64,000 nt of DNA from the NCBI GenBank assembly GCA_013265495.1, contig MU058241.1:1179249-1243248 (forward strand), read 5' to 3'. The translations under genes and the position numbers were made by a program. The stretch comes from Vicugna vicugna. Lineage: Eukaryota. Positions 48,201-62,300 of the stretch are shown one piece after another. Position 1 is the first letter of the stretch. Every line of letters starts with the position of its first letter. The notes beneath the pieces were generated by a model that was not told the DNA's origin, ran no database searches, and was given only the letters and a program-made list of their open reading frames with translations.

Positions 48201-50754
48201 TCAGTTCAGGATGACCAAACAGTGTAAGTTTTAACACGATGAATAGACCAAGCCAAACAAAAAGGAGCGAAAATAGGAACTCAGAGGGAACAGAAATTTA
48301 TCCTTAAAGGAATTTCTTCTTCTTTTGTCTTCTAAAGTTGGATGCTTTGTGCATTAATTTAGAGACTTTCTTCTTACAAACAGAGCTAGGTGAGCATTAC
48401 GGTATAAAATGTTAATATGACATCTTTCTGGACAAAGGTGAGGAATATCTACTAAAATAAAATCAGCATAAAGGTAAGATGCATTGGATGATCAAATGAG
48501 ATTCACTGTGAAGTCTTCCCTGGCATGGAACTTTACTCATAATTGGATGCTGGTGACTCCAGACTTGCCTTCCCACACGGGCAATCTGTTTTTGTTTCCT
48601 CTGACACTCTGCCCTTGGTTTAACATACGCGCTCTCTTACTGAGTTAAGGGAACATCCTCCACACAGAAGGGAACTACTGCTTGCATGAAACATCTCCTT
48701 TTTTGCTCAGTTAGTTACATCGCTTCTGCAACAGCTCCTGGGGAGGATGTCCCTAAACTCAAATGATACTAGGTAGGCCAGTTACATTGTGATGGAAGTG
48801 GACAGATACAGACTCTCCCGTTAGGAACCACCGTTTCAGCGTCTGCCAAGAGGTCTGACAGTGATCTGATATTCTCTAGGGAGAATGGCCCTGGTCTCCT
48901 TTCTTTCTTTTTCTCAGTATCTTTAGTCAGAAAAGAAAATGGGTCCCCAGACTGCCACTAAGCCTTTCTTTTCCATATGTGTTAAAATTTTGGCATTTTT
49001 TTCTGAACGATTTTTCTTTTATTTTTAAATTTTCAAACATCAAAAAAAATACAGAGAGTTAGTCAAGATTCAAGTGTTCAGATACCTTTAGGAAGTTAGA
49101 TGAGCTAATATCAGTAGTTTAAGACAAGCACAAGAAAGCAATAGTAGAAAAGTTTCCTGGGGACTTCTTATGAGGAATAGGCACTTGTCCAATACAAAAA
49201 AAAAAAAAATTGGAGATTGTTCTGGACATATCCTACTTCTCTGTTTAACTCTATTGTCCAAAGGTCTGGAAATACCCATATTGTCTTCAAATTTCTTCAT
49301 CTAAGCACTGGTGATGAAACAACTTCTGACTCCTTTTCACTTTAATCGTTGTTGCAGTTTCTCTTCAGCTGTTACCCTATACTTAGAGAATTTATGGGCC
49401 ACCAAATGGTCCACACGTGTTTCGGGTTATCACACCCACCGAGCGTTCTCGTCCAGCTTTAGCGCGTGAAACCCACTGCAGCAGTCTCGGGCACTGGGAA
49501 ACCATATTCTCACAAACAGTAGCTGTTCCTGCAGTCAAACTGCATAGGGGGCCAATGAATCACCAGACTTCTGACCTAGGAAAAGCGGCATAAATCAATG
49601 GTGCTCTGTAAATAATGTATTAGACTGGATACTCAATAAGTTTCACACTGAAGTCTGGGAGGACGGGGCCTTGGGTCCGGCAGAGTAGAGATTAATGAGG
49701 CTGTGTGTATTTCCTGCTCTGTGGGTAAATAACTCAATATTTGCCAAGAAAGCCTTGATGGAAAACAGTAGACCTTGCATTTACGCATTCCGTATTTTGA
49801 GACCATACTCAATAGAAATTAATTAAGTGCTACAGTATCCATGATTAAATACATCTTTAGGGGAAACTACAAAAGTCACTAAAGAGGAAATGGGAGAAAA
49901 AGGAAGCAAATTCTGAGCAGCAGTAGCAGAAACAAAAACAAACTAAGCTGTGAGCACAGCCATTCGAAGCACGTCAAGAGCCCCGTGTCCCTCATAGTTG
50001 TCATGCTCTTGTGTCGTCTAATCAGTACCTGCTGGGGCTTGTTCCTGTTTCCTCTAGAAGGAAAGCCCGAGGCTGGTGGGACGGAGGTCTCGAAGACAGG
50101 ATAGAAGACGTCCAGATAAAGGGAAGAACGTGCGGGAAGACCGACTTTAACTGCATACGACGCTTAGGTTCTCCACGCACTAGACGCGGCCGGACTCTCG
50201 GCACCGTCACTCGTCACCCCCCGACCTGCCCAGTCCAAGTGTCAGCCCTACAGCCGTTCCGCACTCTGCTCCAGACCACACAGTAGGAGCTTTGCAGCGG
50301 GCTGGGTGCAGGACACAGGGGAGGGATTTCAGTGCAGCCCCCACGTGGCCCCGGAGGGTGGCCAAAGGCCGTAGCTCTTCTGCAGGCCTGTCTGCCTTAC
50401 GCTCTGCTGAGTGCCTCACATATAGTCCCCGCGGCCTTCTGATCTCTATCCCACAGCGGGTGGAATGGCAGCCAAGAGGCGAAGGGCTCAACGTCTTTCT
50501 GTCGCAGCGCCCTCCCACCAAAGCCGAGATGCAAATGTAAATCCCACGATGTCATGGTGCCTGAGTTTTGCTTATGTAATAAACTGGGATCTTCTTACAT
50601 AGCAAGGACGGGGCACCAGAATGCACACCTATTTCATATTAAAATTTTATAAAAATATCCTTGTATTTCTCTAAGAAATGACAATGATATGGGGAAATTA
50701 ATATTGCTGTGGCATTCTAATTCCCTCATAAGAATGCTTAATAGTATTAAAATG

Positions 50755-51096
50755 TGTCCTGTACATGCAATGTTTGTGCCCCCCCTCCCCCAGATTCAGA
50801 TGTTGAAGTCCTAGCCCCCCGCCATGTGATGGCATCAGGAGGTGGGGCCTTTGGGAAGTGATGAGCTCGTGAGGGTGCAGCCGCATGAATGGGGCAGTGC
50901 CCTGACAAAAGACCCCAGAGACAAGACACAGTGAGAAGATGATGAACTGAGAAGCAGGTCCTCGCCAGACACTGAATTTCCTGAAAATGCAATCTCGGGC
51001 CGCCCAGCCTCCAGAAACATTAGAAATAAATGTCTGTTGGCCATAACCCACAGAGTCTATGGGACTCCTTCAGAACAGCCCAAATGAGCTAAGACA
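50755..51096 (+). mobile_element. MaLR solo LTR (MLT1A-like)
   Basis: aatgtttgtgcccc...ggaggtggggcctttgggaagtgat...cagcctccagaaacattagaaataaatgtctgttg...ctaagaca. Confidence 0.85.
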
Positions 51097-52828
51097 AGAG
51101 TTTGGGCTTTTGATGAACTAGGACGCAAAGCACCTATGAAGACGTTTAGGCCAACACGGGGCTTGTGTTCCAAATGGATTTAGTTTCTACCCACTTGTAA
51201 ATGCATATCGGAAAAGAAAAGCCCGAACTGCAGAAAATGAAGCTAAATTGGTTAGTTCCCCCAACAGTAAGCCTGGAAAAATATATATAATTTTACTTTT
51301 GTAAGACTGACTTCTTACTCTATATAAATTCATGTACCCCAGTTTAAAGATGCACAAGAAACGATACAAAGAAAAGAGGAAACCAGTGACAGAGCAGTAG
51401 GAAAACACAGGAAGGGAGTAAATTTAGCTAAAAGTGGGCAGTTGATGCGGTTAGAATGAGGCTAAACAGCAAAAGTGAAATGCCAAACTAAAAATAATGA
51501 GCAAACCTGCACATGAACTGGGACGGTGAATTAATAAGCACACACAACACATCGCATACAACTCAGATTAAGTATGCTGGGCGAGCAGAGGGGGAAGAAG
51601 TGTGAAGATGGAACAATGGAATAAAATGTGTAACACCGCCAGCTCCAGATCAGAAAACGTCACCTCTAAGGATTCTGATTTTGGTAAATAGAGGAAAAGT
51701 CAAGTAGAAAAACTTACATGGTTAGATTCAGTGATTATTTTACACCAGAAATCTCTGAAATTCCATCTTAAACACAGGATGTTGTTATTCAAAGTTGTTT
51801 TCCAAAAATATTCATTTGTCTCACTGAATAAATGTATGTCTACTTTAAGAAACTGGAAAATAATTTGTTTACCTAGAGAATCCAGAATGAAGCCAAATGA
51901 AGGCAAGAGCGGATCTACATACAATGAAAACCCAGTAAAACAATTACAGAGTATCACCTTCAGGTTCCATTATGTTTAAGCCTCACAGGTGGTACAGTCA
52001 GTGTATCAGCCACACTGTAACTGCACGTGATGAATTAAAAGAACAAATGCACATTAGCTGTCATCTTGGCATTCCAACCTTCTGGTAAATCTACCTTCAA
52101 GATGTTCCCCTTCAGCCGAATGACGTATTTATGTGGATTCAAAATTCCTGTGAGCATTAATGGAAACTCTGATGCTGTAATGAATGCAAAATCAGGATGT
52201 TAGGGTGACCCATTAGATGCTGTTATTTAATTTATTCCTAAGATACATAATACTGCTTTGCCGTGGCTATTCCAACCCGGGTAATTGGTTGCAATTAAAA
52301 TAATGAGATATTCTAAATAATGACACCCGCAGTACCAGCGCAGAGTGATGTGTCATTTATAATTCCTATATCATTTTTATGCTGATACACTTCTTCCTAA
52401 TTATAATAATCTCTGAGCTAACAGGAATACATTTTGTCAGATGCATTATATTCTGGAGGAATTATTTCACATTAACATAGTTAATCTGACTGCACCTAAA
52501 AAAATAATGTGAACATGAAATTTGGAAAATGAACTTTGGAAAACTGTTTGGTGCTACCTACAACCTGAATACAAGCTTACTCTGTAACCCAGCATTTGCC
52601 CTCCTGGGTGAATATGCAGCATAAATTTCTATGTGTTTTCACCAAAAGACATGTGTGGGAATGGTGACACTGCCACTGTGTAGTATTTTTAAGCTACAGA
52701 CTTTTGAGAATAAAATTAAGGCCTTCTCTCTGACCTGCTTGAGTTTGGAAGCAGTGATGACGCTTTGGAAATTGGATAGGGGCACTTTGTGGCAGAATAT
52801 TTCCCTATTACTTGTGATTTAAAGCAGG

Positions 52829-53015
52829 TTAGTTCAAACTACTAGGTATAAAATAAATAAGATACAAGGATATAGTGTACATTCCAGGGAATAGAACCAG
52901 TATTTTATAGTAACTTTCAATGGAGTTTAATCTTTAAAAATATAAACCTCTATGTTCTACCCTTAAAACTAATATAACATTGCAAATCAACTTTGCTCTA
53001 ATTAAAAAAAAAATA
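52829..53015 (+). mobile_element. L1 3' tail fragment
   Basis: aaactactaggtataaaataaataagatacaaggatatagtgtac...aaactaatataacattgcaaatcaact...aattaaaaaaaaaa. Confidence 0.75.
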
Positions 53016-53219
53016 GTTCATATCCTTGATAAGATGATAGTTAATATTAGGCAGGTACTATTTATTGAAGGCTGTGTGTAAAACCAGATATCCTGGTTGC
53101 CTGTGTGAACATTGTTCTAATTAGCTGACATGTATGAACTCCGTTAACCTTGAAAACACCTTTATGAAATATTATTATGCCTTTTTAAACAGCAAGAAAA
53201 TGAGATCTCTTGATCAAAG

Positions 53220-53915
53220 TCAAATGAAGAGTAAGTGACAGGTGCTATGAAGAAAACCAACCAGGAAAATGTTCCGGAGGCTGAGTGGTAGGGTTCCTTC
53301 ATATTGTATGCCTAGGCCTGGCTTTTTTGAAGTGACACCGAAACTAACACCTGAAGTTAAGAAGGACTCAAGACATGTAGACGTACCGGGGAAGATTATT
53401 CCAGGCAGAGGGAGCAGCTCTGTAGGAGTTAGTGGAGCGTGTCTGAGGAACTGAAGCAGCAGCCAGTGGAGCTGAAAGGTCACGTTGGAGAGGTGGGGGG
53501 TGGGGGTGACCCTGGAGAGGGCACTAAAGGACGTCACCTAAGGCCCTTCAGGCCAGACTGTCGGTTCTGCTTCCACTGAAATGTGATTGGAAGGACTAGA
53601 CGTTCTGAGCAGGAGTGGTAAGTCACAACCCAAACCATGGAATTCTTGGTAAATGGATCCTGAGTTGTATCAAGAGGAAGAGTGGTGGCTGGGAGACCGC
53701 GAGGAAGCTCTCGTAACAACAAAGATGAAATGACGGAGGCCTGGGAAAGTATCACCAGTAGAAATGAAGGCAATTGGATAGAGCTGGGTTGGAACTTAAA
53801 AGGAGAGTTGACAAGGATTATTAATAGTCTGTGAATGGAAGGGGGACGAGAGAAAGGAATCAGATGCGTAAAGCTGGGTCCTCAGGCTGTTTACCGAGAT
53901 GGAGACACTGGGACA
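53220..53915 (-). mobile_element. L2 LINE fragment
   Basis: attccaggcagagggagcagc...gtgtctgaggaactg...gccagtggagctg, purine-rich antisense L2 signature. Confidence 0.65.
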
Positions 53916-53919
53916 GAGG

Positions 53920-54308
53920 GGTGTCCTTCAAAGCAGCAGAGGAGGAGCCACGATATACATGAGTTTTTGCAACAAAGACCAGGTAGTTGGAAGATCCAGA
54001 GATTACAGTGAGTTAGCCAGATATCTCAAGTGAAGGAACTTAGCACTTTTCTGTGTGTGGGAAGGTGCAAAGGGTCAAGCTCACTGAAACCATTCTTTGA
54101 TACGCGCCTAGCTGTCCAGGGCCAGTATCCTGTTCATTCACACCCCGAGTCCCTCGGGGCACCCTTGAGGGTGGAAGCAGAGGCCTGGCGGCCTGCTGGC
54201 CTCCTGAGCTGGCTCCGGCTCGCTGTCAGGGTGGCGGTGGTGGCTGATGGTTTGGGGGCCACAGCATCCTTTGTTTACTGATACGGCAGGCAGTGTTTTT
54301 CATCCACA
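53920..54308 (-). mobile_element. ERV-type solo LTR fragment (laurasiatherian-like)
   Basis: gaggagccacgatatacatgagtttttgcaacaaag...ccagatatctcaagtgaaggaacttagcacttttct...gggccagtatcctg resembles artiodactyl ERV LTRs I recall; family not assigned. Confidence 0.55.
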
Positions 54309-57300
54309 TTCTGAATATAGTTTTTGCACATGTTTCTTCTTCCTTGGTGTCATTACCCTTCACAGATGTGACGTGTCACTGACCCCTGAGACAGAATTAT
54401 GTAGGTGTCTCCCCTTCTGCTGAGTCATCTCAGGAAAGAAACACGGTCCACTGTGGGATGCCCACGGATGGGTTTGACAGGGAGGCTGCTTTATGTCCCA
54501 GAATTGTAGCCTCAACAGAACCGAGGAAAGGACTCTGGACACCCCCAAGAAACCTGAGACTCTCAGGGAGACAAGCCATTAACAGCCTCAATAAAAGACA
54601 GTCACGTCCGTTCATTCGATGCCCATATACGCTGACAAACATAACGTGATGCGCCAACTCCCAGACGAAGACAAAGCCCAAAATGAAAACAAAAAGAATA
54701 AATCAGGACGCAACCCATCAGAAACCCTGGAGGAACTCGGTGCTCCCAGGAATGCAGACTTCAGTTCCCTGAGCAGCTTGGGTGGAGAATTTAGGTTGAC
54801 ATGTATTGAAAGAGAAGCCAAAGAGATTCATTGCTCTCCTATTTTCTTTTGCTCATAAGAGAAAACACACATTTATTTGCAGAAACACATCTCTTCCTTC
54901 CCCTGAGCCCCTTGCCAACTCCCAAACTAAAATTCAAGGAATGTTTTGTTGTGTGGGCTGTTATGAGCGACAGATATGTACAATAATGCATCTGCAAATT
55001 ACAAAACCTCTACTCATACAGGAATCTCTCTATAGAGAGATTCTGTAGAGAAAAGACGGGCAGAGAATATCCAGCTGTCTCTCAGGAGACACGTTCTGGA
55101 AGGTCCAGGAAGTGTGCATGCCTGATACCCCGATAATCTCTGCTGACGCCAGAAAGACTGCACACGTTCAAGCATCAACACCTCAAGTGAAGCTCTCCTC
55201 CCACCCCCATCCGCCCCGTAGCCAGACATTTCTGTCTAACCAGGAACTACATTTCTTCTGCAACAATAGATTTTGATCTTGCTGCTGTTTTTAGAACTTT
55301 CTCGAGCTGGTATTTGGGGAAGCAGTTTGCCAGGGAGGAAGGAGACCGACAGCACGATTTTTCAGTGTCTTTCTCCGTTTTTAATCCCTACAGTGAGAGG
55401 CTGCAGATGCAGAGGTAGCTGGGTGACTCACTCCTGACAATGGCATATGCGACTGCAGGACAGGTTCCTTTCCTCCCTTATTCAAATTGGTATTCTCTGC
55501 TGGAGCCAGAGGATTAATGATATTCGCCCCCAAACTGCCCCCCTCTCTGAATGCAGAACATAAGAAGGACATTCTCATCCTCATCTTCTGAAAAAGTTTC
55601 TGGTTCTGTCAGCAGCACAGCAATACTTCCTCGTCCTTTTTTGACACATTGAAAAAAACTCAAAATGGAAATGATTCATACCTCACACTCCATGTCATCG
55701 GCGTGGCCGCTGGAGCTCACACAGCATTAACTTCAGGAACAGCAATGGAAATGTCCTTATGCTAAGCACATGCGACTCTCCGTCACAGGCCAAGTTCTCT
55801 AAATGACAGCCAACTGCCTTCTGGGAAGAGCCGATCTTAAAAACAAACAAAAAAAAAGCAAAATTGCTACAAATCTCTGCCCCAGACTAGGCAAGAGGAA
55901 ATCATTTTACAATAGTTGAATGCGCAGAATGAAACACACTGAAAGGTGGGGATGGGAATGGCAAATTAGAAATTAAAAACTAGCACCTGAGCCACTCCAG
56001 GAAGTGAGATGACAGACTACCACCTAATAGCTGAGAATATCTGAGCTCATCTTTACAAAATGCCAAGAAAGGGGAGCCAGTGTTACAGAGTGGTCCGTTC
56101 ACAGATGGCAAGGCATCTTGTCATATATAAAGTGGCTGTGTTCACACAAAGAATAAAAAGAAGGGGGAAAAAACACCCTATTTTGATATGTCCATTAAAT
56201 TATTGGGCATGAACTTTCAATTTCATTCACCTTTAAAAAAAATTAAACAGGAGCAATTTTAGCCCAGCATGATCAGAAACGTTCCCAAGAGAAGCTTTCC
56301 CTTTGACTAGCTCCCAGCTTTACGCTGTTCAAGGCCAGTGTTTTAGATCTAAGGCCCTTTAATGAGTGACCGCTCATGGCAGGGAGGGGGGAAGTGATGG
56401 AGACGCCAGGGGGAACCATTAGCCCTGATGCTGGCAACTGTTTAGGACTGGGTTTGTAGTCCTTCAGTTACCTTTCTTTTATTTTATACTTCTTTCGGAA
56501 GAGCACTTCCCTAAATAATCTACTCACAGCCTGTATCCCAGCCAAGAGCAAGTGGTCATCTCTGTCTCACAAACGGGCTGTGAGTCGATGGCTTCCTGCC
56601 ATGTCTCCTTAATTTACCCTTTTGTCTGCCTGACTCTCTCCCAACCCTGCCAAGTCCTTCTGTTTCTCTCCGTGCGCCTCCCACACCCACTCCAGTCCAT
56701 CGTCCAGACTGATCCCCTAAGATTATAAAGGGGGTTGTTTTTATGCGACCGTCCCTCAACCTCCCATGGGCCCCCGTCCTGATTTGAATAAAACCCAACT
56801 CCTCCCCCAGGCGATCAGCCACCTGAACCGGCGCCGCTACCTCTCTGAGCGCATCTCCCACAACCTTCCTCTCCCTGCCTCACACCCTGAGCCCTCTGGA
56901 CCTTTCTGGAACCTCCCGAAGTCTGTCTGTGCACCGTGGCAGTTCCTGGTCCTCATGCTAGAGAGACACAATCCCCACATTTCTTTTCCAAGGTTGGTTC
57001 CTCCTAACCATTCTATCCTTCAGTCCACATGTCGCATCCACCACTCCCTTCCTGCGCCAGCCAGCTCCCACCAGGTCCTCATTCTCTTCCATTTTCTACA
57101 GAGCAGCTGATAAAAACATCACCCTCTCTCCATCACTCTCCTTCATCTTCTTCGTTGTGCCTGATTTCAGCCCGTAGTATCTCATCTGCTCCTGCATCTG
57201 TGTACCATCGGTCCCCCATCCCTGCAAATGTCAGCTCCATGTGACAAGGAGCCTTGTGGGTCTCACTCGCTCTTCCTTTCCAGCACCTAAAACCACTTAC

Positions 57301-58598
57301 CCACCCACAGGCATATACAGAGGATGTACCTCTCAAATATTTATTGAGCCAATGGATGACTCCGTTCCTTGGCGCCTCCCAGAAGCGAGCAGGCGGCAGA
57401 CAGGCAGGAGAGCCATCGGTGCGGTCCCCGCCCTGGAGTTCCTGCTTTTACCCTCCTGACACGGAGGTCTCTGTGAGCTCAGAGGCTGCTGTGAGGTGGC
57501 CGCTGTGGCCGGCCGTCCACTCCCCGGGCCCCTCCTGTTGGCCCCTGCTAATCTGCTGTTAGCCATCCCGAGTGAACACCAGCATTTACTCATGCCGCAC
57601 GCTGAACCTGGGAGTGATCACTTATGCGGGTGTGCGCTACCCATGTCCCTGGGGAGGGGTCAGCACCCCCATGGGGATGACATGCCAGGAGGAGGAGTGG
57701 TTCCCACGGCTCGATGGCCTCCAAGTGGACGTGCCAAAGACTGCATTGCCGGCATGTGGCTCGGAAGGACCAGTCCTGGCACGGCCGAGCGGACCTCCTC
57801 CTCGCTTCTCCTTCCTGTTGCCAGGAAGACGGCTTCCCTGACTGGTAGGATGTATCCTTCCGGGTACGCAGCAGTGAGTGTGCTGAGTGAATGTGTGTGC
57901 GTGCATGTGTGTGCGTGTGTTGCTGACACAGGAGGCCCTGAGAACACGAGGGCAGGGACAGGCAGCTTAACTGGACCTTCCTGCCTGCTCACCAATTCAG
58001 GTATCTCCCTGCTTCCCGTGGGAACCAACAAAAAGGCTTTGTTACAGACTGCAGATGCCTCACAAATGATCATTCCATCTCCTGGGAAAAACGTGTCGCC
58101 GTCCGTGGTAACAATACCATCTCCACATCAGGAATCACGGTGGAGGCCTGCTCTGTGTGGGAAGTGCGTTTCCGGGAACACGGCGCATGTTAATTTACAG
58201 AATTCTCGGAGCACGCCGCATCTTAGGTATTTTTGTTATTAGCAGGGTTCTGAAGGTGGGGCAGTTGAGTAGAAAAGCAAATTCCCAGTCTTGCGCATTT
58301 ACTTCCCAGACAGGTACATCAGGGTACCCCGCAGGACTGACTTCACAGGAGACGTCTGGGGGATACCTGCTGTGTTTCCACACTTACAGAAAGGAGGGAA
58401 GGATGCTGGATACAGAGTGAACAGGCATGGAGACAACTCTGCCCTTTATTAGCCTCCCTGACCCTTGACGTTCTCATGGCAGAGTGAGATGAGTGCCTGC
58501 CTCTCAGAACCCTGGGGATTTGAGTCAGTGTGAGGTCGTGAGAAGACATGTCCAACTGTGTGCTCTCTGTTCACACGAGGTATTGAAAGTGCTTCATT

Positions 58599-58735
58599 GG
58601 GGGGAGGGTGTTGCTCAGGTGGCAGAGCGCATGCTTAGCATGCATGACGTCTTGCCTTCAATCCCCAGTACCTCCATCAAAACTAAATAAATAAGTAAGT
58701 GAGTAAAAAAACCTAATTACCCCTGCCTACAAAGA
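58599..58735 (+). mobile_element. Vic-1-like SINE
   Basis: ggggagggtgttgctcaggtggcagagcgcatgcttagcatgc...ttcaatccccagtacctcc...acctaattacc; TSD aaagtg(c/t)ttcat at 58586-58597 and 58736-58747. Confidence 0.9.
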
Positions 58736-58759
58736 AAAGTGTTTCATCAACAGACAACC

Positions 58760-59305
58760 AGGCTCAAGACGTGGAAACAACCTAAATGTCCACCAACAGA
58801 TTACTGGACAAAGAAGGTGTGGTATATTTATACAAAGGAATATTATTCAGCCATAAAAAAGAATGAAGTAATGCCATTGGCAGCAACATGGATGGACCTA
58901 GAGATCGCCATTCTGAGTGAAGATAGAGAAAGGCAAATACCATATGATATCACTCATAATGTGGAATCTAAAAAAAAAAAAAAGACACTAGTAAACTCAT
59001 CTACAAAACAGAGACAGATTCACAAACAAAGTAAACGAGCTTATGGTTGCTGAGGAAAAGGGGGTGGGAAGGGATAAATTGGGAGTTTGAGATTTGTACC
59101 TACTAACTACTATATGTAAGAGATAAACAACAAGTTTATACTGTGTATCACAGGGAACTACATTCACTATCTTGTGGTAACCTATAATGAGGGAGAATAT
59201 GAAAACAAATATGTATGTATGCATGTATATATATGTGACTGAAACATGATGCTGTACACCAGAAATTGACACAATATTGTAAACTGATTATACTTCAATT
59301 AAGAA
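58760..59305 (+). mobile_element. L1 3' end fragment
   Basis: Peptide KTWKQPKCPPTDYWTKKVWYIYTKEYYSAIKKNEVMPLAATWMDLE followed by L1 3'UTR. Confidence 0.92.
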
Positions 59306-62300
59306 AAGTAGACAACTGGGCTCTTTCAGGCATTTCCATAAATGTTCACGGGTGCGAGTCTGTGGATGAATCTGACAACGGGAGGGCATCTCAACTTCAG
59401 GACACTGCAACTATGTTCATGGAGAAGGCACCTGACGTGCTGTATTTTATGATGGTAAAGAATACAGTAGGGTTTATGAGAGGCTGGCCCAGAATGTTCT
59501 GATCGTCCTCTCTAAACATACATGCGTGCCCACCACACGAAATGGAAACTTTATTTCCACTGCAGTCCCTTTAGATCCTGATAAAAACCTCTGTCAACCT
59601 CCTATGCATGTTCTAACACTTAGAAAAAACCCCTTTTAATGCTGGTCTTAGAATCATTTTGAGCACCTTCACCCCATCCTGAGCCCCCTCGACTTCTCGG
59701 CTTCTTTTTCATCAGTCCGACCCATCCCTTCACTTCATCGTCTTTATTTGTCATCCTCGAGGCACGTGCTTTACAGAGTCATCCTTGATCCTTCCAAGCA
59801 TGCCTTCCGCTTCATGTGCTGGTTGTTTCCTTTAGCCTTGTAAAGGGGACTCCTTGAAGATGCCAGGCTGGGAAGCTCCCTTTTCACCTGTGCACGTACC
59901 TTCTTAGGACTTCATTATTTTGTATGGATTTTACGTTCATCAGGAGTGTTCTCACAAAATGAGAAAGGCGAAACTGCACAGCAGTTCCATCAGCTTTTTT
60001 GACCTCTCTTTGTAACATTGCCCAGTTCCCTTTCCCTGATGCCCGCACAAAGTTCCACCTCCTCAGAGAGCCCCTCCCCTGCGAAGCACTGATTATTTTC
60101 CGGTGGTTTTTGGTCAAACTCTGTGTTTAGCTGGATGCAGTGTCAGGTAACCAAACCAAACCAAAGCAGTCTAATTTAAGAGGAGGTTTAATAACCTTTG
60201 CATTTTCATCACATCCACTCTTGCCTAAATTTAGGGAAGTGGCTGCATTTCAAACAAGCCGAGCGCGCCTGCCCAGCAGGAGGCGTGGAAGGGTTTTCTG
60301 AGCCCTCAAACCCCATCCCAGTGAAAGAGGCTAAACTCTCTAGCGCTTGTCTTGATGTTCTGAACGGGGGCTAGAAGGTTCTTGATCAGGGCGGTAGTCA
60401 AGGGATCAGGGGACGTAAGACCTGGCAGCAGAGGCTTTGTCCAAACCAGTATTTCTTTGAAGGGATTACCATCATTTTTTTTTTAAGTATGTCTGTACAC
60501 ACCATGAACCACCCACCCATCTACCCATGCGTCCATCCCATCATTCAGTGTATCTGCTCTCTCTCACTCACTTGTCCCACAAATGTGACTCCTGGACCGC
60601 GTTACGCCAGACAGGGTTTCACTGAGGCTCAGAAGCAGACCCAGTGCTGGCCCTCCAGGGGCTCAGTGTTCAGCAGGAGAGAACACCGCCTTGGGCAGGC
60701 ACAGCAAACCTGGAGGACGCACACGGTACCAAAGTCACTCTTTACAAACTCTGTTTCAGCCCCTCTGCCGTGCCCCGTGCACACTACACAGATTTTCAAT
60801 ACGCATCAGTTGCACGATCCCCCAGCATGACTGTCCCTCACTGAGAAATACCCAGGTGAAGCTAAATCCCAGGCAGGGGGAGGAAATGAAATAACTTGCA
60901 CCTTGTCCATCACAAGGAACGTCTCTCAAAGTAATGGCCAAGCGAGGAGGCTTCAAACGATCGATTCCCCAACTTCATGGGAAACCACTGGACAAAGTGC
61001 AGTGCCCCAGTGCTGGAAGGGTCTGGACCACCAGCCCGGTTGGTTGGATGCCCCCGGGGGCAGCTAACAGTCCGCTGGGTTTCCCACAGGCATCCTGGAC
61101 TTTGTGCCAAACACATCGGGCGAAGGCTTTGATGCTTCTGGGCTGTAGTACCCTGGCCCCGGGCGCCCACCCCTTCGCCCTCTGGAAAATCGCCACCGTC
61201 AGGAACCACCCTCCTCTACTTTGTCTTCATAAGTGACTGTACAATTCCCAGTCTACTTTCCACTTAAACTCCTGAATATCCAGTGTTGCTTCTTCATTTT
61301 AAATGCAATGAATCAGTAATAGAAGTCGATTTCATTAATTCGCCCACTGTATTCCTCCGGAGGGAAAGGCAGTTAATAAAACTTGTGTTAGGGCGGGTAT
61401 ACTGTGTGCCTCTCTCTGCTCCAGGGTATCAGGCTTTTGTTTGGTTTATGATGAGCCACGGACTGTACACTTAAATAGTTAATAGAAATTAATTCTGTTG
61501 TCTGTAAGATACTCTTTTATTAAGTTTCATTGAGTTTACACTGTACAGTTAACCGCGGGCGTCTAAGACATTCTCCAGTGGATGTTTGCTGTGTAGTAAG
61601 GGAATTAATGTTTAAAATCATGTAAGACTTTTAAATTCTGTGAGTGCAATGTACTATGTACTGATTTAAATGGAAAGTTTTTAAGTGAATTATGTATGCA
61701 ATACAAATGAATCTGATCCTTTAGATTCCATACAAATAACGGTCAGAGCTTCATGGTGGAGCCTAATTTTAAAAAATGTTTCTATCTTACATATGTATGA
61801 ATTTAAAGGTACATATGTCCTATATGTAAGCACATACACGCATACATGCTTATGTATGTATGTATATATACCTACACACGGAGGCACTAGAGTAATTAAG
61901 TCACATACTATATGCTCCAAACATATTTAAATATGGTTTGATTACAAATTGGTAAATATTCAATATATTCAATTCTGTATCATTAAGATCTCAATGTTTT
62001 AATGAAAGTAGAAAACAGTACAATTCAGGATCACTTATTTGTCTCGAATTCAAGTACACGAGTGGTGATTCGGAGGTCAGCAGGAATGACTACGTAATAA
62101 CAAAAACAGAACCTGTGTATTTGCCCAAACTGAATTAACTCCATTTCTCTAAATCAAGGTGTATGGTAAGTTGAATGTTTGATCTTAGCGACTGTTAACC
62201 TTGTCGGTTTAACACTTCAGCACTGAAGGAGGCATTTCTCTGTTCACACGGACCGCTCCATGTATGTCTTGATCTGAAGTATCTAAGCACTGAACATGTG

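Noticed and set aside
57496..58242. Longest ORF in the track (248 aa)
   Set aside because: Non-ATG start, runs through a (TG)n tract, no recognisable domain or splice context; consistent with chance in GC-rich DNA.
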